From: Priapulus caudatus
Lineage: Eukaryota
Reading direction: 5' to 3'
Length of the DNA stretch: 58,842 nucleotides
NCBI RefSeq assembly: GCF_000485595.1
Contig: NW_014577087.1
Span: 1-58,842 of the forward strand
Made by a program: the position numbers and the translations under genes. This document shows positions 47,963 to 58,842 of the stretch, in pieces; within the stretch, counting starts at the first letter, position 1, and every line of letters starts with the position of its first letter. The notes under the pieces were generated by a model. That model was not told the DNA's origin and searched no databases. It saw nothing but the letters and a program-made list of their open reading frames with translations.

Positions 47963-48454
47963 TGTGCGTGTATATATGACATATGTACATTATGTGAGTG
48001 CGTGCCGTCCCCGCACCTCTCTCTCGGTCTCTCCCACCGCGCCTGCCCCTGCGCCTCCTCTATCCCTCCCCCCATCTCTCTCCAGCTTTCACCTCGCGTT
48101 TCTCTCTGCTTTCACCCCGCTCTCCCCTGCTTCCTCCCCCGCACGCCCCCCTGCTCCCACCTTATTGATGGACTCTCCCTATTCCGTGCATCCCCTTTAG
48201 TCTCTACCCCTCGCCTACCACTTGCTCTCACGCCTGCTCCCTGCCCCACTCCTCCCTGTTCCCCCACATCGATAGACCCTCTCTATCACCGCGCCTCTCT
48301 TGCTCTCTCCACCGTTCTTCCCCGCGCCTCCTCTGCTCCCACCCCACCGGTAAGCCCGCTTGGCAATGGCTCCGACTGCGCGTATTTCTGCCTCCTGCGA
48401 TCCTCGGCATTGCGCGTTTATTTACAACACACCGCACCTCCTATTTGTACATAT

Positions 48455-49043
48455 CAAGAGTACATAATAGGAGAAGAGTATGACACCGTTTTAACAGCGT
48501 TTTGCATAGTTTTGAACTTGTAAATATTCTATCAATATGTGAATAAATATATTCAAACCTTACCTTGTTTTCGTCTATGATTCTCCCTTAATCATATGAC
48601 ACCACCAATTTACCTGAAAATCGTATGTGTTCTTCAAAAAAGTTTTTCGAATACGACACGCTTTCAAACAGTTTTCACGAATGGACGCATGTCTTAGGCG
48701 AAAGTTCGGCCAAGGTTGATATGCGGCGGCAGCACCAGGTTGTAACAAAGATACAAGATAAAGACAATAGAACACTATACTCCCGATACAAAGTTTAGTC
48801 TAAAACATGCATTCATGCGTAAAAACTGTGCGAAACCGTGTCGTATTCAAATAACTTTTTTGAAGAACACATACGATTTTCAGGTAAATCGGTGGTGTCA
48901 TATGTTTAAGATGAGAATCATAGACGAAAAGAAGGTAAAGTTTGAATATATTTATTCACATATTGATAGAATATTTACAAGTTGAAAACTATGCAAAACG
49001 CTGTTAAAACGGTGTCATACTCTTCTCCTATTATGTACTCTTG
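48455..49043. mobile_element. Foldback-like non-autonomous DNA transposon (P/Galileo-like), ~250-bp TIRs, 8-bp TSD GTACATAT
   Basis: gtacatat|caagagtacataataggagaagagtatgacaccg ... cggtgtcatactcttctcctattatgtactcttg|gtacatat; arms ~48455-48705 and ~48790-49043. Confidence 0.9.
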
Positions 49044-49069
49044 GTACATATATGTCGGACCACCTCCAC

Positions 49070-50470
49070 ACAGATGCACGCACGTACTCACAAATACACG
49101 CATACACGCACCCAAACTCATGCATAGGCTCACGCACACGGACACACACACGCGCGCGCGCACACACACGGACCCCCTTCCCCCACACGCACGCACGCGC
49201 GCACGCGCGCACGCACACGCACACGCACACACACACACACACACGCACGCACACACACGCACGCACGCTCGCACAAACACACACACGCACGCACGCACGC
49301 ACGCACACATTCATGTATGCCTGCAGCATTGTGTATCCGCCTCGCGCAGATGTTCGCGGCGCATATATAGAGAAACACATATAATACCCGGCGCTTCAGC
49401 GTGCAGTTGTTGTGTCTCTGTATAAGTTGCGCCGTTGCGAATCACGCAAGATTACCGTCAGCACAGTAAACATTTAGATCCCACTTTTGCATTCTAATTG
49501 GCGGCAGCTCGCGGCTGCTTGGCTCGCCGTACGTAGTGTGGAGAGGCACGAGTGGCTACTTCATTAGCATGTAGTGGCAGCCGGCATTCCCCCGTTGGCT
49601 CCTTCAGCCGTAGGTGTGAGATCTCACCTGGTGCTCGCCCGTGTACGCACGTGCGTATACAGGGAGAATGAGAGAGAGTGAAAGAAAGAGAGTGAGAGAG
49701 ACAGAGAGGAGTGGGAAAGAGTGCGCGTCCGTGCGTGCGTGCATACACGTGTGTGTGCGTGCGTGCGTGCGTGCATACACGTGTGTGTGCGTGCGTGCGT
49801 GCGTGCATACACGTGTGTGTGTGTGCGTGCGTGCGTGCGTGCATACACATCTGTGTGCGTGCGTGCGTGCGTGCGTACGTACGTACGAGTTCGCGTGCTT
49901 GTGTGTACGTGTGTGACAGCGAGAAAAGGGGAGAGAAAGAGAGAGAGAGGGAGGGAACATAACGACATGTATGGGTGGGTGGCTGAGTTAGTGAGTGAGT
50001 GAGTATGCGACGGACGGACAGACACACAGACAGACAGACACACAGTTAGACACACAGACGGATAAGCAGATAGACAGTCAAGCAGGCAAACAGACAGGCA
50101 GGCAGAGGGAGTTCGCGTGACGCGTACGAATGCTCGACTAGAAGTAGCGGCTGCAGAATGCGTGCAAATATTCGCTCTCGATCGATGCATTCATTTATAA
50201 CTGTTGCTTCCAACGTCTTGACGGTTACACACGAACGTCACTGTTTGAAACACATCTTTGAGATTGCGCGCGCGTGAATAGAGAGTATGTACGTGTGTGT
50301 GTGTGTGTGTGGCGATGTGTGTGCGTGTGCTGTGTGTGTGTGTGTTTGTGCGTGCGTGCGTACATGCGTGCGTGGCGTACATGCATGCGTGCGTGCGTAC
50401 ATTGCGTGCGTGTGTGTGTGTTGTGTGTGTGCGTGCGTGTGTGTGTATATGTGTGCGCGCGTGCGTGGCA
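49070..50470. repeat. Cluster of (CACG)n/(CGTG)n/(CA)n microsatellites
   Basis: Direct reading. Confidence 0.85.
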
Positions 50471-50807
50471 TGGGAAATCTGTATTTCCCGGCTTCCGTGA
50501 ATAGGTTGTGCGCGGAAAATAATCGCACGTCACATTGATGATGCATTTACTCACCGTTTCACTACTGATTAATGGCTCTGATCTAATCTCTAACTGTAGG
50601 TGTCCTGGCGTGGCTGCATGGTGCATGCTCGTGCTACGGGAATAGACCCATGTATAATGTTAGAATCAGTGGTACTTGAGCTCTAGGGAAGCCGAAGATG
50701 TTTGTCTGGTAAGTTTAATAACTAACGCACTTTGGGACTCTGTCTGATTACCTAAACTCAGCGAAGGTCGTGGACTCGAAAGCTTTTAGAATCATTTCGA
50801 CATAAAG

Positions 50808-50815
50808 CCGAGAGA

Positions 50816-50859
<44 letters not shown>

Positions 50860-50895
50860 GGAGAGAGAGATAGGATATATTATATATATATATAG

Positions 50896-50948
<53 letters not shown>

Positions 50949-50979
50949 GCGCGCGCGAAGAGACGAGAGAGCGATAGCG

Positions 50980-51041
<62 letters not shown>

Positions 51042-51104
51042 AAGAAGAGAGAAAGAGAGGCGAGAGAGAGAGGAAGAAACAGAGAGAGAGAGAAGAGAGA
51101 GAGA

Positions 51105-51141
<37 letters not shown>

Positions 51142-51142
51142 A
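50808..51142. repeat. (GA)n microsatellite, noisy
   Basis: Direct reading. Confidence 0.95.
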
Positions 51143-52320
51143 GAAAGCGCGCGTGCCGAGTGCTTTTCGCTGTGTACGGCGCGTAATGAGACCATGGCGC
51201 GTTCCCCGCCGCCGCCTCCTCCTGAACATCAGCACGAGACACCGCAACTCAACCCTACATGTTACCTCCTCTGTCTTAAAGCAGTCAGAGGTCAACTGAG
51301 AAGACGGTGGCGTCTGAAGAGACCCCGTGAGAGGCGAGCATCTCACCGGACGCTAATAACGCCTGAGCCATAATAACGTCGAGAGCTCTGTGTACGTACA
51401 TTCATCTCCAGCTGGCCACTCGATGGCCATTTCGGGATGTGAATGAGGGGGAATACGCGCCCGCTCCGACATTGTCTGTTCGCGTGTGAAGAGCTCTCGT
51501 TGCTGTCAAGTGCGCGTACGTTCGCAGTCTCTCTATCACTACGTGCTCATCTGAGATTGCTGGTGCTCCTGTGGCTGTCTGCTTAGTGTTACGGTCACTA
51601 CGAGCGGTGACGCATTAATGGCTGCGAGAGCGAATGTGCGCACGTTTTCTCCCCCGTCGTCATCGTCGGAGCCGCCGCCGTCGTCGTCGTTGTCGTCGTC
51701 GCCGTCGTCGGTCGTTGTCGTCGTTCGCCGCCGCCGCCGTCGTCGGTCTTGCCGTCGTCGTGTTGGCTGCGGGCGTCTATTATTCCGTTTACGGCGACCC
51801 GCGCTCGCCCGTAAGGGCAAACACGGCGTTTCTCGATGCACGGATTAATTGGCCTAATTGATGGCGCGTGTGAGCACAGCCTCAGACGATGGCGACGCCA
51901 CGCGCTCAACGTGCGACGAATCTTTAATTAAGCAAATAATGCGATTTCTAAAGCGCGGCCGCATTTTATAGACTGCTGCGTCACCACCGGTGTGGAAGAT
52001 CGGGTGCACGACAAGAGTATTCATTGCAACCATTATAGGTAATGGCGTAACATACCGTCGTTAACAGATTAGAGAGTATGTTTATTAGATTCTTTACGGT
52101 TAAAAAACAGAGCGGCATAGATTTCGAATGGCGTCCTCAGTTACGACTTAGTATAAACAACGCTGGCTTATGAGGCGCTAGCGACAGGAGCTACATAGCA
52201 ATCATCAGTCGCATGGCCCCAAACGCCGCGACGGGTGACAAACTTTATACATCAACCGTGTCTGTATGTTCCCCACCAAACAGCCATATGACAGCTTACT
52301 CCCATACAAACACGTAATAG
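51143..52320 (+). repeat. Duplicated ~1.2-kb segment, copy A
   Basis: Collinear with 57301-58452 from gaaagcgcgcgtgccgagtg to acacgtaatag; flanked by (GA)n and (TGAG)n. Confidence 0.95.
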
Positions 52321-52556
52321 TGAGTGAGGGTGAGGGAGGAGTGATGTGAGTGAGTTAGTGATGCTGACTGTGAGTGAGTTGTAGGTGAGTGATGATGAAG
52401 TGAGAAATGAGGTGAGTTGTTGATGAGTGTGGAAGGTGTGGGAGTGTAGTGAGTGAGTGAGTGATGAAACGTGGTGAGTCGTGAAGTGAGTGAGTGAGTG
52501 AACGAGCAGCAAGCAAGTCAAGCCGTTCATACACGACATGTCATACATAGTGTGTG

Positions 52557-52594
<38 letters not shown>

Positions 52595-54660
52595 ACATGT
52601 GTATGCGTGCGTGTGTGTGTGTGTATGTACATGTGTATGCGTGCGTGTGTGTGTGTGTGTGTTTCCATCTCTGACCGCGCCGTCGTCATCTGCTACTTGT
52701 GAATCCGTTACGCGCGTTTTCAAATGGCTGTTATTCTTCTCGCTCTTTCCCATTTTCGCTTCTTTTGATGTTACGCCGTATAGACGCCCGCTTAGATGCT
52801 GGTGGCAACCGCCGCGCTCGTCGAGATTCAAGCAGCTCAGACTAACACTGTCGCATACAGAGACAGCCGCAGGGTGTAACCAAAGTCGCTTTGACGCAGA
52901 GCAAAAAACAAGATTAGGATGGGTAGTGACAGGCATTCACCCATCCTAAGGATTCTGTAGCAAAATGGACTTACCCTAATCAGAATATGTAGCAGTAATA
53001 TAGGAAACTGGTTTTGATTCGATAGAGGAGTAAGAACGTTACCGCGATATAATTCGATAGAAAGGACGCGTTTTTTTCTCCAGCCGCGCTGTGCGAGAGC
53101 TGTGTAATGAAACCTCTTGTGACGTGGTAAACAAGTAGCTAGCTATCCGCGAGGAAGTTTCATCTTCTCATCGTGTACGTGGATCAGGTTGCATGAGCTG
53201 TAATCTTGTTATGATGCGTGCGACATATATGGGTGTGTGTATATGTTTTGTTACAGACAGAGGAATATCACGTCGGATGCACGCTACGTTCGTCTTTCTC
53301 TCTCCCCATGGAGGTAGTTAACTAGTTCAAACGTGGAGATACATGTATTCCACATATGGATGGAGATATAGTTAATCCTCGTATGTGGAGCCCTGTTACT
53401 TATCTATGTCTAACATGATGTAACTATTCAATTTAATCAAACATGCTAAGTTACGAGTTACTAAATGGTTACTGGTTACGTTGCTTAGTAACTTAGTAGT
53501 AGTAGTTACTTAAGTATGTACAGGATAGTTAGTGACCGTATGGCGGTAATTAATTCTAGCCGGTGGGTATACTGACTATATTATTGGTGGAAGTACATGT
53601 AGAACAGTTACTACGTATCCATAACCGCCCCTTATTCTCCGCATCCACCTGTGAAGCAGCAAAAGCTCTCCACCCCGATCACGATGACCCTTCGCCTTGT
53701 TTTCGCATCAAACAACAATGCACGCTCCCGGGGCTAATATCCCTCTACGCGAGCATTGTGTCCGCAGCGGCGGTCATTCTCTGGTCAGTTTGTCCAGCCG
53801 ATCATCTGGTCGCTGCACGATTGCCCGCTGTTCGATAATCACCGGGTTACCCGATAATAGGGCCTATATCCACTGTGCGTCATCCGGAGGCTGTTTGTAA
53901 AGCCCCCTCTCCAGCACCCCCTTCTCTCTCCACCTATGCACCTCGGCGCTGAAAGGAGGGCGTCTAACTAAGGAGGGTGCCTAACCCCTTCGTCGCTGCT
54001 CGCCGTTGTTTCTCGGAGTGCGGGTGTGCGCGCGCGCCGGGGAAAGACGAGTTCGTGTTGTGATTACTGTTATTAGCGGCTGCTGAGAGCCATTGAGAAA
54101 TTTGTTGGCACGCCGGGCGTTGCGGCAAGCACGCGCAACGTCGTAATTACAGGTGCGAGCCGGAGCAGCGCATGCGCTCACACTCGTAAGCCACGGCATT
54201 CCTCCGCACGCCCTCCCCCCTCCCGCGCTCGCCTCCCCGCCCCGCGGACCCCCTCCCCCGCCGCGCTCAACTCAAAGGAAGACAAAACGCGTTGATAATA
54301 AGGTGCCGGAGTCGCAGGCCCTGCCTTAGATCGGTAATGATAGACCACGAAAGGTGGAACCGGCATTATTTTGCTAACAAAGGAGGAGCGATGAAAAGAT
54401 CTGAGACTGCCTGTGTTCGCTTAGATCTCAGCGGGCGAGCCTTGAGTCGCCGGGGGAGCAGCAATTATGAGAGCGCGTGTACGAGTTATCCAGGGTAACA
54501 CGTGATAAGCAAGCGGAGAGTTCCGCGGACGACCAAGACAACTTCGTTGGAAATAAGCAGTGTATATTAATTCACTCATGATAAGCGCAACTGGCAATTT
54601 CTAATTCATCTTTCTTTTCAGTGAATATAATTGTACGTCATGCGCGCGCACACACATGCA

Positions 54661-54713
<53 letters not shown>

Positions 54714-55344
54714 TATATATATTATAATTATCGCAATGTATTGTGCAGGAGGGGCAGCAGCAGCAGGAAGAGGAGGAGAAGGAGGAGGAGTAAGAGAAAT
54801 TTGGGGCAGGAGAATAGGCTCTGGTTAAAATTATTGTGTATATTTCTAACTCCACTTTATGCACCGATGTTTCCGACCACACCGACCGATGTTAATGACC
54901 ACACCAATTATTTATTATAACGGTTATATGTCTAGACGAGATTTTTCGGTTGTTGTTCGTGTATTCTATAGGTTGCGGTATTTCAGTTTCCGCAATAAAT
55001 CAATGCATTTGCTTACAATGAAAACGCTAGAAAATAGATGGTATATATGTATGTGTGTGTGGGGGGGGGGGGGGGGGGGTGTAATTCAGTCATGTGTTTG
55101 ATTTGTTGGTGGTTTTATATTGCTGCAGTTTGTGCTGAATTCCTCATACTGATTTGAAATCCTGATGAATTTATTTTAATTTGCGCCACGTTTATTACCA
55201 GTTCTGCTAGCCTGCTGGGTTGATTAACTCTAACTAGATGAAATATAATTCCATAACCGATCTCATCCTTTCTAACATGCAAGCAACTTGGTTTCGTTTT
55301 AAACGCACAGTGGACGATCTCCCACTAGAGAGCAGGCTATTTTC

Positions 55345-55376
55345 CATACACACGTGCGCACGCACGCACACGCACG

Positions 55377-55439
<63 letters not shown>

Positions 55440-55440
55440 G

Positions 55441-55471
<31 letters not shown>

Positions 55472-55682
55472 ATACGCACTCCACCCGGTCTTGTAAATTC
55501 GCCGTAGTTCATCTTCTAAATATCCTACTATATTTTCCACCAGATACCTCTCGCGTTACCGAGACACTAATCGTCACAAACACATACACGCGCGCGCGCA
55601 CGCGCCGCACACACACACACGCACGTACGCACCCCCCACACACACAGACACACACACAACAGACACACACACTACACACACA

Positions 55683-55729
<47 letters not shown>

Positions 55730-55750
55730 GAAACACCAGTGCGCGCGCGT
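55345..55750. repeat. (CA)n microsatellites
   Basis: Direct reading. Confidence 0.9.
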
Positions 55751-57061
55751 TCACTACTCATGTGTGAAGCGCTTGTCAGACTTCAATAGCGCGCTCCAGC
55801 GCGCTGCACGGCGCACGCGTGGTGCCGCAGTACGAGGGGCAGAATTAAAGCTACGCGGTCGTCCCAGATGGTCCGTCGACGTCGGCGGAACATTTAAATA
55901 ATAGTAAAAAAGGCGAAAATTTTCCGGAGCGTCGATTACGTGCGTGTCGACGAGGGCGCGCGCAGCTGGCGACGCCGCTCAAACCGAGCAATTTCATCAT
56001 CTCGTTCCCCGAACCGGCTTTTATCTGATATTAATTCGTAATTATGAGGGCCAGCCTTGTGTATGCACGCCGATAATGCTTGGGTACTCTTTGCGCCTTC
56101 GCGTTTAATAGCGATGCTCTGGAATAGTTTGCATGTAATTTGGTTTTCTCGAAAATAAAATAATTAGTAAAGTCACTATGTATTTTCGGACGCATCCTTT
56201 GTACAACATCGTCCCAAAGTGAACGATGAATAAGTATGACCGATTTCTACATAACGTATTGCATTCGTTATTTTACTCGCGGATTCATGCTGTACACCTC
56301 ACCACCAAACACCACAGGTAGCTGGAAAAAACTATCCCGATGTTCACCAATGATTTCTTGCTTTATTTTCCATTTCCTTGCCGAAGAAGTTCAGACATGG
56401 CGCTGGCTGTCATGGTGACCGTCCAGCTCGGTACGTATAATACCCGAGGCGTGTCTGAATCTCGGGTGCGACAAAACGTTGTGTCGACATCTGTGCCCCT
56501 GCTTATCCACGGCGATAATACGCCACCGTAATGACGTATTCATACGCCATTATTTATAGAAAATAGAATTTGCGCGCATAGCCCTCATCGGACGAAAGAT
56601 GATGGACCAGGTAATGAAGCCGGAAGCTTTGTACATAAATGCAGCTTTCTCGCTCTCCTCCCTCTCTCTCTGTCCATCTCCCCCGCTTTCTCTCTCGCTC
56701 AGTCCTAGGTCACCACCCATCTGCCGTTATGTTTTAGCGGGCTTTTACGTGGAAGGCCGGCCCGTTGTGTATGGCGGTGGGGTGGCTTGTGTGGGTGGGT
56801 GGGTGGCATTAGCAAACGCTAGAGAGGGATTGGGATTTCTGCCCTAACGCTGATATATGTTGTTAGTGCCACTGCCTTTATTTGATGCGCAATAAATTCC
56901 TAGTTTGTTCAGACCTTGTTATTTCAGGAAGGTAATGCGTGCTGCTAGATCGCCAGTTTATATCCGGCAACATAATGCTTACACGTGGCGTTTTCATGTA
57001 TATTCCACTAGCAGGGTCAATCCTAGTTCATGATAATTTCGATGATGATGGCGACGACGAC

Positions 57062-57254
57062 AGCTACTACTACTACTACTGCTGCTGCTGCTACCTGCTG
57101 CTGCTGCTGCTGCTGTTGCTGTTGCTGCTGTTGCTGCTGCTGCTGTTGCTGCTGTTGCTGCTGCTGCTGTTGCTGCTGTTGCTGCTACTGCTGCTGCTGT
57201 AGCTGCTTGAGAGAGAGAGAGAGAGAGCGCGTGAGTCAGAGAGTGAGTGAGAGG

Positions 57255-57300
<46 letters not shown>
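57062..57300. repeat. (CTA)n/(CTG)n trinucleotide and (GA)n microsatellites
   Basis: Direct reading. Confidence 0.95.
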
Positions 57301-57307
<7 letters not shown>

Positions 57308-58452
57308 CGCGTGCCGAGTGCTTTTCGTGTGTACGACGCGTAATGAGACCATGGCGCGTTCCCCCGCCGCCGCTCCTCCCTGAACATCAGCCACGAGCAC
57401 ACCGCAAACTCAACCCTACATGTTACCTCCTCCTGTCTTAAAGCAGTCAGAGGTCAACTGAGAAAGACGGTGGCGTCTGAAGAGACCCCGTGAGAGGCGA
57501 GCATCTCACCGGACGCTAATAACCGCTGAGCATAATAACGTCGAGAGCTCTGTGTACGTACATTCATCTCCCAGCTGGCCACTCGATGGCCATTTCGGGA
57601 TGTGAATGAGGGGGAGATACGCGCCCGCTCCGACATTGTCTGTTCGCGTGTGAAGAACTCTCGTTGTGTCAAGTGCGCGTAGTTCGCAGTCTCTCTATCA
57701 CTACGTGCTCATCTGAGGATTGCTGGTGCTCCTGTGGCTGTCTGCCTTAGTGTTAGCGGTCATACTGAGCGGTGACGCATTAATGGCTGCGAGAGCGAAT
57801 GTGCGCACGTTTTCTCCCCCGTCGTCATCGTCGGAGCCGTCGCCACCGTCGTCGTCGTTGTCGTCGTCGCTGTCGTCGCCGCCGTCGTTGTCGTCGTCGC
57901 CGCCGCCGCCGTCGTCGTCGGCTTCGCCGTCGTCGTTGTTGGCTGCGGGTTACCGTTTACGGCCGACCCGCGCTCGCCCGTAAGGGCAAACACGGCGTTT
58001 CTCGATGCACGGATTAATTGGCTTAATTGATGGCGCGTGTGAGCACAGCCTCGGACGATGGCAACGCCACGCGCTCAACGTGCGACGAATCTTTATTAAG
58101 CAATAATGCGATTTTTAGACGCGCGTTCCACACGGTGTGGGAAGATCGGTTGCACCGAAAAAAGGTATTCATGCAACCATTATAGATAATCGTAACATCG
58201 TCGTTAACAGATTAGAGATATTTTGATAGATTTTTACGGTTAAACAACAGGCGGGCATAGATTTCGAATGGCGTCATCAGTTACGACTTAGTATAACAAC
58301 GCTGGCTGTGAGGCGCTGTGACAGGCTGACATAGAATATCAGTGCACGGCAGCAAACGTCCGCGACGGGTGACAAACTTATACATCACCGTGTTTAGTGT
58401 TCCCAACCCAAACCAGCATATGACAGTTACTCCCCTACCAAACACGTAATAG
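57301..58452 (+). repeat. Duplicated ~1.2-kb segment, copy B, followed by (TGAG)n to ~58543
   Basis: Collinear with 51143-52320. Confidence 0.95.
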
Positions 58453-58842
58453 TGAGTGAGTGAGTGAGTGAGTGAGTGAGTGAGTGAGTGAGTGAGTGAG
58501 TGAGTGAGTGAGTGAGTGAGTGAGTGAGTGAGTGAGTGAGTGAGACACTATACTGGCATAAAACTTATGGGTAATGGTGTAATAAGTTTAAAATGAGTAA
58601 AATCTAAAATTCATTCAATGAAACATAACCAGGAAACTTGCCAGTTAGGCAACAATTTGAACCTAATATTGCAGGCATACGCCGACACGCAAACCGCTAC
58701 ACCACATCACCAGCGCCCGGCCGCCACACGGCCACCCCTGCAACCCACACAACACACACACACACACACCGGCGGCCACAACACAGCACACACTATGTAT
58801 GAACATGTTCGTGTAGAAACGCTTACTTGCTGCTTCTTCGTG

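Noticed and set aside
47515..48523. 307-aa + strand ORF and Asp-rich - strand ORF
   Set aside because: Built from (TCA/TCG)n, (CGTG)n, pyrimidine tracts and a transposon end; no domain
57720..57983. ORF with a signal-peptide-like start (LVLLWLSALVLAV)
   Set aside because: Non-ATG start, Ser/Pro low-complexity body, no convincing splice partners, frame not kept in copy A

Overview
Eukaryotic genomic DNA, probably a marine invertebrate (inferred from repeat families and GT-AG introns). The assembly mixes clean and indel-rich, long-read-like stretches and has two N gaps. I reconstructed three spliced genes by hand with phase-consistent GT-AG junctions. (1) A 4-exon, 156-aa single-pass membrane protein with a signal peptide and a C-C-CC-CC ectodomain (Shisa-like/WBP1-VOPP1/CYYR1 'STMC6' type; +, 9848-11592), which the ORF track shows only in fragments. 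(2) A 7-exon, 500-aa clan-2 cytochrome P450 (-, 17488-13526). (3) A 19-exon, 1006-aa RBM26/RBM27/Swm orthologue (+, 21125-39826), head-to-head with the P450. The first 6.9 kb is a ~550-bp satellite with an internal dimer, partial higher-order structure and a diverged inverted monomer at its edge. Introns and intergenic DNA carry many non-autonomous DNA transposons: Helentron-type HINEs, hAT MITEs, a pogo/Tc1 MITE, a decayed ZNF862-like hAT with a nested HINE, and a foldback-like element with ~250-bp TIRs. The last ~17 kb has no convincing gene; it is microsatellite-rich and contains a 1.2-kb duplication.
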